DNA from: Owenia fusiformis
Lineage: Eukaryota
NCBI GenBank assembly: GCA_903813345.2
Contig: CAIIXF020000001.1
Span: 45,880,001 to 45,944,000, forward strand
Length of the DNA: 64,000 bases
Reading direction: 5' to 3'
Positions within the stretch are counted from its first letter, which is position 1. Each line of letters begins with the position of its first letter. The notes beneath the pieces were generated by a model. The model ran no database searches. It was given only the letters and a program-made list of their open reading frames with translations, and had not been told where the DNA came from. Position numbers and translations under genes: made by a program. Below, piece by piece: positions 27,860 through 39,115 of the stretch.

Positions 27860-30800
27860 GTATCCTTTCAAAAATGAATTTCATACAGTGGGGATCATAA
27901 AGAATTGCAAAAGCTATGAAAATTACATGCTGTCGCACATGTAATAATTTCTTACCCAGTGTATTCAGTGCTCTATTTTCTCCGTCTTAGTAAGTCCAAA
28001 TAAAGTGGAATTTGTGTCCCTAATGACAAATAAGAACTTCAAAAGTTGAATTGGATATTCACATGTTATGCCGACTCTTCAAATGTTGAGGTGATTTTGT
28101 CGCCCGATTGCGCTGGAACGGAGGATTGGCTCTCAGAATGCAACATGACATGTGCCAGCTTTCAAAAAACTGTTCCGCCATTTTGAAACCTGTCATGAGT
28201 AAATACGGTTAACTGATGTTGCATTCTGGGAGTCAACCGTCCTTGGATAACAAACATGGCGATTCATGAAAACATTCATTCGATTTGGTAGGGATTTATC
28301 CATTATTTGCAGGTATGAAGCTTTGGATTCATTTATTGTGCTACTTTAGTGAACGGGAATTATTTTTCTACCGCTTGGGAGAGTTCGAGACACGAAACTT
28401 GGAAATAAGCTCATTGTGACAACTTGTGAACGTTGAGTTTTATTTTTGTCCCCCACTGTAGCAAGGCCTACTCGACTGGTGGAATGCACCTTTTAAAAAT
28501 GTCCTTATACAAAATGGTACCTGCTTCCCCATGACAGATTTTGCACTTATTTTATAGCTGAGATCTTCATCTTTCTATTTCTACTTGATTGGTTCGAGTA
28601 AATTATCTATGGATGCAGTTATTTGACTTTTAATACGGCAAATATTTTTCATGAGATCCGGACGTGTGTCCAAATATCATTGTAATGATGACGTCACATT
28701 TCCGGAACCACGGGAGCACCATTCAGATTTGGACAGACAAGAGTCCGGTGATAAATTATCACTGTTTTGGCCTCTTATCAACGCAGCATTGCTTGAATAA
28801 CGGTCATTGATGATAAAAAAGTTAAGAAATAACAAGATGCTTCGAATGAGGTATGATTTGTCTCATATTTTTCAGAAATGGCTCCATAATCGTCATTTTA
28901 AAATTTGAAATTTTCTGAGGTGTCTCATCTTGAGGAATATTTATTGAGCTACTGATCCTACTACAAAAGAATCTGGCCGGGATCTATGATAGTAGATCTA
29001 TCTACTTCCTGTGAAAGCTATTTGGATTTTGATATAATAGCTTTCCCACGGAGCATTTGGACAGCTGAATGATAGTGACCTTTGAGATCGAATTAAGTCG
29101 ATCCGCGGCTTACATTTGGTCTCTAACTGTGTCTTACATCAGTATCATCAATCTGTGTAAGTATTAGAGTGCTGAAATACTTCTTTTTCGATCAAGACTT
29201 GTAAATTATTCATCAAGTGAATGTTTTTTAGACCTGTTTCCAATATGGCAGTTTGCTAGATGCGAGATACGCAACGAAGGAAATGAATTTTGAGAATTAG
29301 TTAGGTACGGACAACCTCCGGAGATTTACGAAAATGTCCAAGCAGAAAACGCCATATTGGAATTTGGCAGTAAAAACATTCACTCCACAAACAAGAGACC
29401 AAAAGTAAGCCGCGTATCGACTTAATTCGATTTCAAAGGTCACTATTAATCAGCTGTTCACTTCCCCGTTTGAGAGCCATAAGTTTCAAAATCTAACATT
29501 GGCTCTCGAAGTGAGTAAGTTGATACGTTGAGACTGTCCTCTCAACTTTCACAGATCCGGAGCCAGATCCAGCCCCTATTGGTAGTAGGCTAAAAGGATA
29601 AATGAGAAGATGAAACACAAGCTAAAAATGCTACATCAAACAAATGACCACCCAAAAATATGACCCTCGTACTGACCTTTTATTTTTTCCATCTGTCAGA
29701 CATTGATTGATCAATATTTACCCTGTTAGCTCTTCTTTATGTAATTAGTTTGAATGGTTGCATGATATCAATTATTGACGCTGTAAATCGAATTTTCCCG
29801 GGACATTTCTTTCAAATTTTCAGAGTGTAAAGATAATGGAGTGTTTCGGTGATTTCCGGCAATGTCCGATGTTGTTCTTCTCTCAAATTACATCACATTG
29901 CAACAAACAACCAATGAAAGTAAAGATCGTGTAGCCTAACAACAATTTAAGGTATTACATGTGATATTTATTGATAAACTGACTCCAAAATCAAGGAAAT
30001 ATAGATTTTCCGAAGATTTCATGTCTTGTCCTTGAGTATATTTATTGAGCCTAGACACAACTGAAGAAGAGGTAATCTGGCAGAGGTCCGTGTCAACTTT
30101 CATATGTCAATTTTTAATTCAGCCAACTTTGCCCCAGAACAACTTGAAAAATGCTAAGAACGGTGAAAAATACATGATTTTCAAAAAAATATATCAGTAT
30201 CTGGCCATGGGGGGGGGGTTTGCTTGACCAGTAGTAAGTGCCAAGCTTAATCTTAAATGCATCTTGCGATGTATCAAGATCGCGATATACATCGATGTTT
30301 ACTGTTGAGAATTGCCGCTGCATTTATGTACAATTATGGCACATCGTGACAATGCTAACTGCCGCTACTACAGGGTGGGCCAAAAAAAACAATACCCAAC
30401 TTCAAATCAGGATAAAAAATATTTACATGTACATTCAATATGGTTCATTGACTTACATATCATTTTAAAGGTAATACATTTTCAAACAATTTGGTATATT
30501 ACACTATGTCATATAATCAATAGTAAAGGTATATTATACTTATATGGGAGACCGGGTTGCTATTTAGCGTTTCTAGCTTTTAGGGAGAAAATAGTAAATC
30601 TGCGGGATTATGATTGTTAATTTTCTATTTATAGAATATCATTTTGTTAGGTGAATACATGCTTTTACATTTGCATCATTGTGTGACTAAACTTATTGTT
30701 TATGAATTTCAGTGTTGTTTGATAGCATTTACACTTTATAACAATTTTAACAATTGCTCAATATGCCCTCCCCCTCTATGTCAACAATAAGCTTCAAGCG

Positions 30801-31438
30801 GTAGCGCCATCTATCAATAGCCTTATTGACAGATTTCTGTTGCAATTCATTTCAGCACTTTGAGATTCTGTGTTTCACCTCATCAATACTGTTTATTGGA
30901 TGCTTGTGATTGTACCATTTCCCTGAGATGACTCCATGTATGGTAATCCACCACATTAGCATCGGGGCTGTTGGGTGACTGAAGCATCTAGATCAATCAA
31001 ATTGACACCTTGTTCGCAAAGGAATGCTAATGTCTCCTTTGTTCTATGGTACGAGGCAAGCAATGTCTTGTTGAAAAATAAAATCCTCACCACATATACG
31101 TTTTATGTCTTTTAACAGACCCCTTTTGAGTACAGAAATACATGATATAGCTTAGCTTATGAAGTAAACAGAAAGTGTTTTTGGGCTTCATACTTGATCT
31201 TCTCTACAGGCCCAACTTGGGTCTGTGGCTATATTCAATGTTCCGAAAAATCTGTTTTTTGTATGGCGAGTATTAGAGAGATTAAGCTATTGATATACCA
31301 GTTCAGGGTGCCTATAGAGTTCATGATAGCTGAGAAAGAGATGGAGGGGGGGGGGAGATTTGTATCAGCTAGGATCAATGAGGGGAGGATTTATTGACAA
31401 AAGTTGTGCATCATTTGTTTTCCTTAACAGTTTACTAG
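27860..31438 (+). other. TM2D1: U12-type (minor spliceosome) GT-AG intron of TM2D1
   Basis: 5' site GTATCCTTT. Branch site TTCCTTAAC at 31420-31428, just upstream of the AG at 31437-31438. Splicing gives in-frame GQ-YRC. Confidence 0.92.
28640..29900. mobile_element. Degenerate ~1.2-kb fold-back element inside the U12 intron
   Basis: ACAGCTGAATGATAGTGACCTTTGAGATCGAATTAAGTCGATCCGCGGCTTAC (~29061) is mirrored at ~29404-29458, with further inverted matches outward. Boundaries are approximate. Confidence 0.65.
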
Positions 31439-31512
31439 ATACAGGTGTGATTCTCCTCCTATGAACAAAGAGACACAACAGGTGGATTGTAGAGAAGATG
31501 GGAGAGTTGCAG
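31439..31512 (+). CDS. TM2D1: TM2D1 exon 2 (YRCDSPPMNKETQQVDCREDGRVA)
   Basis: Matches the Y-x-C-x2-P...TQ...C pattern of TM2D1. Phases 2 to 1. Confidence 0.88.
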
Positions 31513-32462
31513 GTATGGAACATTATTATTGACCTTGGATTATAACATGTTGGCAGTACACTGAATTTATCTCATATTACCTATTTGTTTCATAGTTCAA
31601 AGGAAATATAAAGTATCATGCTGCCTTGTGCCTTAATTTCTACAACAAATGAAAATTCCATCATTTTAGAAAATTGGCTCTTTTATGTCACCACCACATA
31701 ATTATGTCACCACCACCACCACCACCACCACCACATATTTTACTTGAATCAGGAATGATGGAGGCATCTTCGCACCAAAACTGTAATTTTTGGAATAGAT
31801 GCATTACTTGGAATTAATCTCATGCTGTTCGAAATATTCAATAGTTCATTGATTATCACAAAACCAATATGGCATAACTTTGAAAATATGTATTCTTGAA
31901 TCATGAGTGAGTGATCTTGAACCAAAACTGTATCTAAACCTGTTTGATAAAATGAGGACCACTAAAAGTACTACTATATGTCATTATGTATCATTTAATC
32001 TTGTGAAGCCCAAATTTGCTCTATGGCTAAGTGATAAATATTATTTTGTTTAAACCCGTTTTAGAGTAATTTGATCAACAGTGAATCATTTACTTTCAAA
32101 TAATTTATTCTTGAGTGTCAATATTCTTTCAACGTCATAAAGTTGTCGAAACTATGAAGTATAGGCTATTTTGGGGTTTCTGTCAAGTATCTTGTTACAA
32201 ATGTGAAGTTTTGCTCCATGTCACGTAATAAACCTCATATTTTCAAAACAACCAATCTTTGCTATTGAAGCACCATTTGCAACAGTCAGCTCTTTACTAG
32301 GATTTTACAAGTGACATCATATCTTTTCTGAATTCTTCATCTTAAGTACATGGTAACAGTAACAAAAAAAATATTGAAATATGAAATATGATTAAATATT
32401 GCTGCACCCTTCCTCTACTCTCCCCCTTCTTGATGTGTCACTAATATTCATGATATTTTCAG

Positions 32463-32556
32463 TAAAATGTTACCCAGTAGAAGGACTGATATGTGAGGGA
32501 GATGAAACAAATGGAAGCAATATAACATTCACAAAATATGAGCAATGTAAATACAG
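32463..32556 (+). CDS. TM2D1: TM2D1 exon 3 (VKCYPVEGLICEGDETNGSNITFTKYEQCKY)
   Basis: V-x-C-x-P...I-C...F-x5-C pattern. ttttcag acceptor, gtaaat donor, phases 1 to 2. Confidence 0.88.
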
Positions 32557-33568
32557 GTAAATAAAAAACAATATTTATTTTATTATTCCAATTTATTCTA
32601 TTATACATATACAAAATACAGAAATATGCCTCAAGATTTGAATAAATAACCCAAATATACAAGGTAGTCAAAAACGGAAACCGTGCCGCTATTTTCTTCA
32701 TATCTTTGCCATTCTAGGAAATTACTCAATTTCCTACCAGCCTAACCTTTTATGACCATCAAACTCACACTTTGAACAACATTAAGAAATTATAAGCTGG
32801 TAGGAAATTGAATGATGTACAGATGTCATAAATCAGGGAGTAATTTCCGAGAATGACAAAGATATGAAGAAATTGCAGTTTCCTTTTAGACCACCCTGTA
32901 TATGTTATTCCCTGTTGTGTTATGTACAATGATGTTGAAAGAGCAATTGTCACAATTGAGTATGTTGCACTACACCTTGCAATACTGTGGATACACTTAA
33001 TTTGGCGGATTGGCGGATTTAAAAAATCCGCCAAATTAAAAATCTGTCAAATTTCAGTTTGGAATTTCAGTCAGTACTGTATAGCCACCATAGGCTTAGG
33101 CTATAAATCAAACATACTTTTCCTTACATGTTATGCAAGTTTGAATATACATCTTTTGAGTAATAACTACATGTACCTTATATTACTGTAGATATTAATG
33201 ATAAATATGATACTGGAGCATTCTTATTAATACATGTATATTCAAGCTTTTATTTGTACATATGCATGAATACAGTTATTAATTCACATGATAATTCAAA
33301 AGCATTGTGGCATACATTAATTGCAGTATTTACAGAAATGGAACAGAAACTCCAGAAAAGCTCATCTCACCTTACCGCTTTCAGTGGCTAATTTGTGGTT
33401 AATCCTGTTATAAGTTGAAATAAAGTTTTTTCCTGGAGTTATGAAACAATTATTATATCTAATATAGTTTTGCTTCAAGACCCTGGACCGCTTTTTATCT
33501 GCTTTAACAACAGGTTGTAAAGTAGATAGGGGAGGGGAGTCCAGGGTCTTGAAACAAGACAACAGTAT

Positions 33569-33774
33569 CAGTTATCTCCCAAGCATTGAAGCAAATGGGT
33601 GCAGCACCCACCTCAGATTTTGAAAACAGGCTTGCACCCACCTGAAAATCCATTTGCACCCACTTAAACATTAGAAAAATCATGATTAATTGGCACATTT
33701 TGACAATTTGTAGTTTGAATTGTGAAAATGAGAATTTTGCACCCACCTGAGAAAAAATCCTGGGGAGATCACTG
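33569..33774 (+). mobile_element. ~207-bp MITE with 5-bp TSD (copy 3)
   Basis: CAGTTATCTCCCCA...TGGGGAGATCACTG, TSD AGTAT on both sides. Confidence 0.85.
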
Positions 33775-34070
33775 AGTATAGTACTTAATAATCAGATGTT
33801 TAGCTGATTTTTTATATAATAATAGGTAACTCTGATCACTGACCCAGTTGTTAAATTGTTGGAGTTTCCAGTCTATTTTGCAGGTCCATTGCATTATAAG
33901 CAATACAAAAGGCAAGCTGTGAGGTAGTTGGTGTGAGGCAATATTTAGTCTCTCCTCATCTAATTGAATTTGCCTCGCCTACTTTAAGATCTTGACAAAG
34001 CCCCTGAATACATAGTTACAAAAAATCATATATTGATATTGTACATCATATTATAGAAATCAGTCTCCCT

Positions 34071-35520
34071 TTAGTAAAGTAATTCACTCTCAAAAGTACT
34101 TCTATTCTCACCATTAACTCCATCCATTATCATTATACTATTTTGTCCATTGCTAGCATTATCTATAACATATTCCCCAATTCCAAAAGTCATCTCATCT
34201 ATACCAGCATCCTCTGGATGTCTTTTAGCAATAAATGTACCATTTGTTTTCCAAGTTGCATGTGTATTATATGATCTCAAGCTTGTTTTCCTGTTGCGTG
34301 ATGGAGCTGCATTGGAGTCCTTATTTGACCATTTGACAGCGCTGAGTTTACCTGTTAGAGTTTTGTCCTGACGTCCAAACATTGAGCCTCCAATACTATC
34401 TCCTGTGTATCTGCTTAATGGTCTTGAAGTACTAGAGAACTCTGATGAGATATCCATCTGGTTCACGTACGTTGGCATAGGGGTTCGATGTGGAGGTACG
34501 GGTGGTGGGGGAGGTGGAGCACGCTTGTTATGACCATGTGCTCGGAATTGTGATAATTCTTCAAAATCAGGTTCGGTTGAAATGGCCGTCACCGTGTCAT
34601 CATCATTGTCTATTTCAGGTTTGGAGTTAGGAAGATAGCGATGTGGCAGATAATTAGATTTTCCAGGAGGGACAAAGTTATCTGAGGGGTTTGAAGGCTG
34701 AATTATGGGTGGGGTATTTACATAGGCAATTTGATTTCTCGAGGGAAAGGAATTCTGTGGTATGTTAACATACAGAGGTTGTTGAACTCTAGCGAATGGT
34801 ACTACGTTTGGCGTGATATTGTAAAGTAATCGATCTCTTTCTCCCAAGGTGGTTGGAGCTTCACTTGATGTATTAACATAGAGTTGAGCATCTCTAGGGA
34901 TACCTGATGCAGTCACTGGGGATAGCACCTCATTATTATATCTATACCCATCCATTTTCCCACCATCTACATAATCTTTGTGTTTCTTTTTCTTTCTGGG
35001 TTTCGGTATTGGAGTTGGATCATCGTCAGTCTCATTCCAGTATTTCCTTTCCAGTTGTTTTGTTTGTTTCATTCTCGTGTGTTGCTTTGCTATTCCAACC
35101 TGGCTGTTGTTGTTCATATCTGATCCCATTTGTGACTCACTTGGAGCCAGTTGTGCCCTGGGGATACCAAACTCTACAAATGTCTCTGCCATTAAAGTGG
35201 GCTTCAACTTTCTTCCCTCGAGGTACTCCTCGGTGGCTTGATCCAGGACAAAATGACACATATTTTTATCAGCACGAAAAAATGGCACTGCACCTTTATC
35301 AATCCGTTTCTTCAGTCTCGGGTTGTTGATCATTTCAATCAAACCTTTGTTCATCTTCATTCTGAAGTTTGTCCACTTGTCGAAATATTTCTCTTTCGTG
35401 GTTGGATCTAATTTACGTGTCTTTTGAGATTGTTGATCTCTGAGCGGCATTGCCATAGATCTGTCATATCCTCTTGGAAATGATTGAACATTATGAGTTG
35501 CTGTATTAGATGATGCCATG
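34071..35520 (-). CDS. Nested antisense gene, main exon: uncharacterised, largely disordered YxN/proline-rich protein (~510 aa with the upstream exon)
   Basis: 1.45-kb uninterrupted ORF in AT-rich DNA. Acceptor ttttttaaatttcag immediately before C-ATG at 35520. Motifs KPRKKKKHK, four YVN, PPPPPPVPPHR. Confidence 0.85.
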
Positions 35521-37105
35521 CTGAAATTTAAAAAAAACAATTTTACTAAAGACTATGAAATAGGAAATGTATGCAATTATAATCACCTTTTAAATATTTG
35601 TGAGTGCATTTATTTAAGAACAACTAGTTGTGCTAAGGACTATTTTCACTACTTATGTCATACCAATTCTAATAGTTTATGTAATATAATTTGAAGAGAT
35701 AATAAGGAAAAACACTGTTCATTTGTATTTATACAATGTTATACAGTTAAACCTGTTCAAAACCTGTTAAACCTGGATGACTACTTTGTCATAAACACCT
35801 TTGTACAAACAAGGATCAGTTAAATATTTTTCAATTGATTCACATGTTAATGGATTCTCTGTTAAGGAACCTGAACATTTTCAGCCAGTACAAAGTATGT
35901 TCCATGCAGGCAGGTTTTACTGTAGTAACAGTAATGTGTTATATAATTCAGTTTTGAATTGAAATGCATCAAATATAAATGTTTCAAACAAATAAGATAT
36001 TTTTTTAAGGATAACACTATGGAAAAGCTAATGGCACAATTGCCAAAATATTGTACTAATATGTCCCATAATGTCAAACCTTTCTTTGTCTGTGTTCTAT
36101 CATGAAATGTACCAGGAGTCGCTTATGTATTGAAAAATGGCCCTTTTACTTTCAACTTATAATTTGAAATCATCCTGCTCTTTTGAAATTCCACTTGGAA
36201 TATGATCAAAAGTAATTATGATTTGGTTATAATTTGGCATAATATCTTGCGAGGTACACAATCTTAAAGTAATCATTGTATGTACGATATATGATAAAAC
36301 CAGTTATAAATCATGAAAAACATTAATAACACAAACATAAGTTTAAACTTGATAAGGATTTCAAGCATGTCATGACTTTTAAGACACATTTTTTCTCATG
36401 AATGTTTTAACTTAATCTGTTCCATCAGCCATTTATATAAAACCTTCTAGAAGTTCAATATGATTTCATGTCCAGTAGTATTTAAGTTGTTTTCACTTGG
36501 ATCTGAGTGGTTTGCTCAAGCTTGAAATTCTTTTTTCGTTCAGCCTAAAAATGAACCTTCCAAAAAAGGCCTCCTGTTTAGAAAATATGGCTGAAGTTTT
36601 AAAAAAGTAATGCTCAATTTTTCCTCCGCTTTGACTTGAAAAACCCTTTGCCCATCCCCTTTTTAATTCCAAGTCGCACCTAGTTTGAGGCTATTTTCTG
36701 TCAGTGTCAACATGATAAGTATCAACATCATGTTGACATTTCCCTTAGCATTTTATGGTCATATATATCCCCTGGTCTATTAAAGATATGCTTGCTATTC
36801 TCCATTGCTATCACTATCAGGTCAACTTTTATGTGCATCTTTTAAACCAAATGAAATGTTCTGCTCTGTTACTTTTAAACATACATTTCATCTCTTTGAA
36901 TGAGTGTTAAAAATATCAGGAGATACGAAAACATAAACATAGTGCAACACCCATTTTACCTCCAACTGTTAGCTATGTAACTGAAATTGATGTGTTTAAC
37001 AAGGACTATTGTTGCTGATAATTTGTTCATGTAATAGTTAAAGAAAATGCATAAAGAAGGCATAATTTGAAAGAACCAAAATGAGACTACTGTATTAATA
37101 GGTAG

Positions 37106-37367
37106 CAGTGGCAGATCCCGAAATTAACAAGGGGGCCAACAAATTCCGCGAGTTTAATTGGGCCCCTATAACAGAAAATTGGGCCCTAATTTTGATAAAT
37201 TAAGGCCCATTTTTGATATATTGGCCAAAAAAGGCCTACAAAGGCTAAATGCTCCAAAAGGCCCATTTTTTGAGGCCCTATAAATATTTTTGGGCCCTAA
37301 AACTAAATTTTTTTTCTGGGCCCACTAAAGTATTGTGCCCCATGCCTCTCCCCCAGATCTGCCACTG
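37106..37367. mobile_element. MITE with CAGTGGCAGATC TIRs
   Basis: Perfect 12-bp TIR and GGGCCC subterminal repeats. Flanks GGTAG/TGTAG form an imperfect 5-bp TSD. Confidence 0.7.
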
Positions 37368-37616
37368 TGTAGGGTAATTAATTATAGTTACAAACAATTC
37401 TTCAAACATTCATCCTCTTTCTTTTTAACTTTCTTCTTAGAAATGTAAACAGTTGAATTTGGTTTCAGTTTTTTAAACTTAATTGTAAACAATGTTTAAA
37501 CATATAATATAACTAAAAAACCTACACTCCATATTAAACAATTTGCAACAGGAAGTTCCATTTTGACTACTTGTGAAGTCTAGCTGTTAATATTTGGCAG
37601 TTGTAACAAAACCATT

Positions 37617-37998
37617 AACACCCCGACATTTGAACTCGGAATCCTACAAATACTCGGACTTCAGCAAACATGAGGTTTGGGCAAATTGGGTTCAATTCTT
37701 ATGCCGGGCATAAGAACAGATCTTCTCTTATGCCGGGCATAAGAACAGATCTTCTCTTATGCCGGGCATAAGAACAGATCTTCTCTTATGCCGGGCATAA
37801 TAACAGATCTTCTCTTATGCCGGGCATAAGAACAGATCTTCTCTTATGTCGGGCATAAGAACAGATCTTCTGTTATGCCCGGCATAAGAACAGATCTACT
37901 CTTATGCCCGGCATAAGAATTGAACCTAATTTGCCCAAACCTCATGTTTGCTGAAGTCCGAGTATTTGTAGGATTCCGAGTTCAAATGTCGGGGTGTT
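37617..37998. mobile_element. Fold-back MITE with ~80-bp TIRs around a 29-bp palindromic tandem array
   Basis: AACACCCCGACATTTGAACTCGGAATCC... is mirrored at the right end. Eight TCTTATGCC(G/C)GGCATAAGA-type cores are separated by a near-constant ACAGATCTTC linker. Confidence 0.9.
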
Positions 37999-38332
37999 CA
38001 TTGTTTAAAATGTCCATGCTATGTAATTGAGGGATAAAACCAAGATTTAAATAGATACATTTAAATAGGCAATTATATGTTGTCCAATTGGTCATTTTCA
38101 TGTTTTAGAGGGAGTGTACAATGAGGATTAGTCTAATTTTGTCTTAAAAAATTTATTACATTGGCAACAATATTCATTCATGAACAATATACAAATTAAT
38201 CAAGTATTTCAGTTTTTCCTTGTAAAAAAAGAAATAGAAGCATACAGCTCGCAATTCAAAATAAAGTTTAGATTTTTAACTCATTTTGTTGCTCAGGTAA
38301 TTCTATGTAACCCTCAATTAATTGCAACTCAC

Positions 38333-38415
38333 CCTCTGTGTCTCCTGTTTGGGTCTTCTCTGGGTAGAGAAGACAATCCTTCGGGTCTCTCTGGTGGTCT
38401 ATTCCCCCACACCAT
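38333..38415 (-). CDS. Nested antisense gene, first coding exon (MVWGNRPPERPEGLSSLPREDPNRRHRG)
   Basis: aagATGG context with an upstream in-frame stop. The phase-2 donor GG|gtgagt joins the C at 35520 to give GGC-ATG in frame. Confidence 0.65.
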
Positions 38416-39115
38416 CTTGTTTATGCATTAGAAGCCTCTTACTTTAAGGTTCTTTTATATCATCTCAGTTAAAGTTACTTGAAACAAGTTTTATACAGTT
38501 AAATTGGATGTCTCATAAAAATAGCTGTTTGCCAAATAGTTTTACCTACATGGGGCTTCGCATATTGACAATTTTTTATGGTTAGTACAGTGTATAATGG
38601 CATCCTCGTTTTGTGTGTTGCGGTTGTTTCGCTTGGCCAGCCTCATGAAGTAATATATAGTAGATTTAAGCTCTATGCATTTATCTTCTTTTATATAGAG
38701 GCTATAAATAATGAAAATAATGTGGACAGGTTATATGAAGTTTATATGAAGGTCTGGCTGGCCTGTGTACAATAAACCAAGTTATATCATATTTGGATTC
38801 ACTACAATTAAAGTTCAATGATTTGTATCAAATTAAATCCTCCTGTGTAATGTCGAAAAATAACAGTTTACATCCTGTCAAGTAACGGATATGATCTATT
38901 ATTTATTATATCAGAAATCTCATGATTTTTAGATACTTAAACTTTAAAGGCTATAGCTTTATAAACATCAACAATAAGTATTACAGGAAGACTTAAAAAT
39001 CTGTTTGTATTAACTAATTTACATTAATTATAAATTGTCTTGCTTGACAAGGTCAGCCTTTAAGATCCTTCTTAGATTTAGTTAAATTTGTTTATTTTAG
39101 AATTATCTTCTGTTG

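Noticed and set aside
34150..35329. Plus-strand ORFs overlapping the nested gene
   Set aside because: Antisense shadows of the long minus-strand ORF.
37697..37920. 29-bp palindromic repeats resembling a CRISPR array
   Set aside because: The linkers are near-identical and only 10 bp, there are no cas genes, the context is eukaryotic, and the array is enclosed by MITE TIRs.
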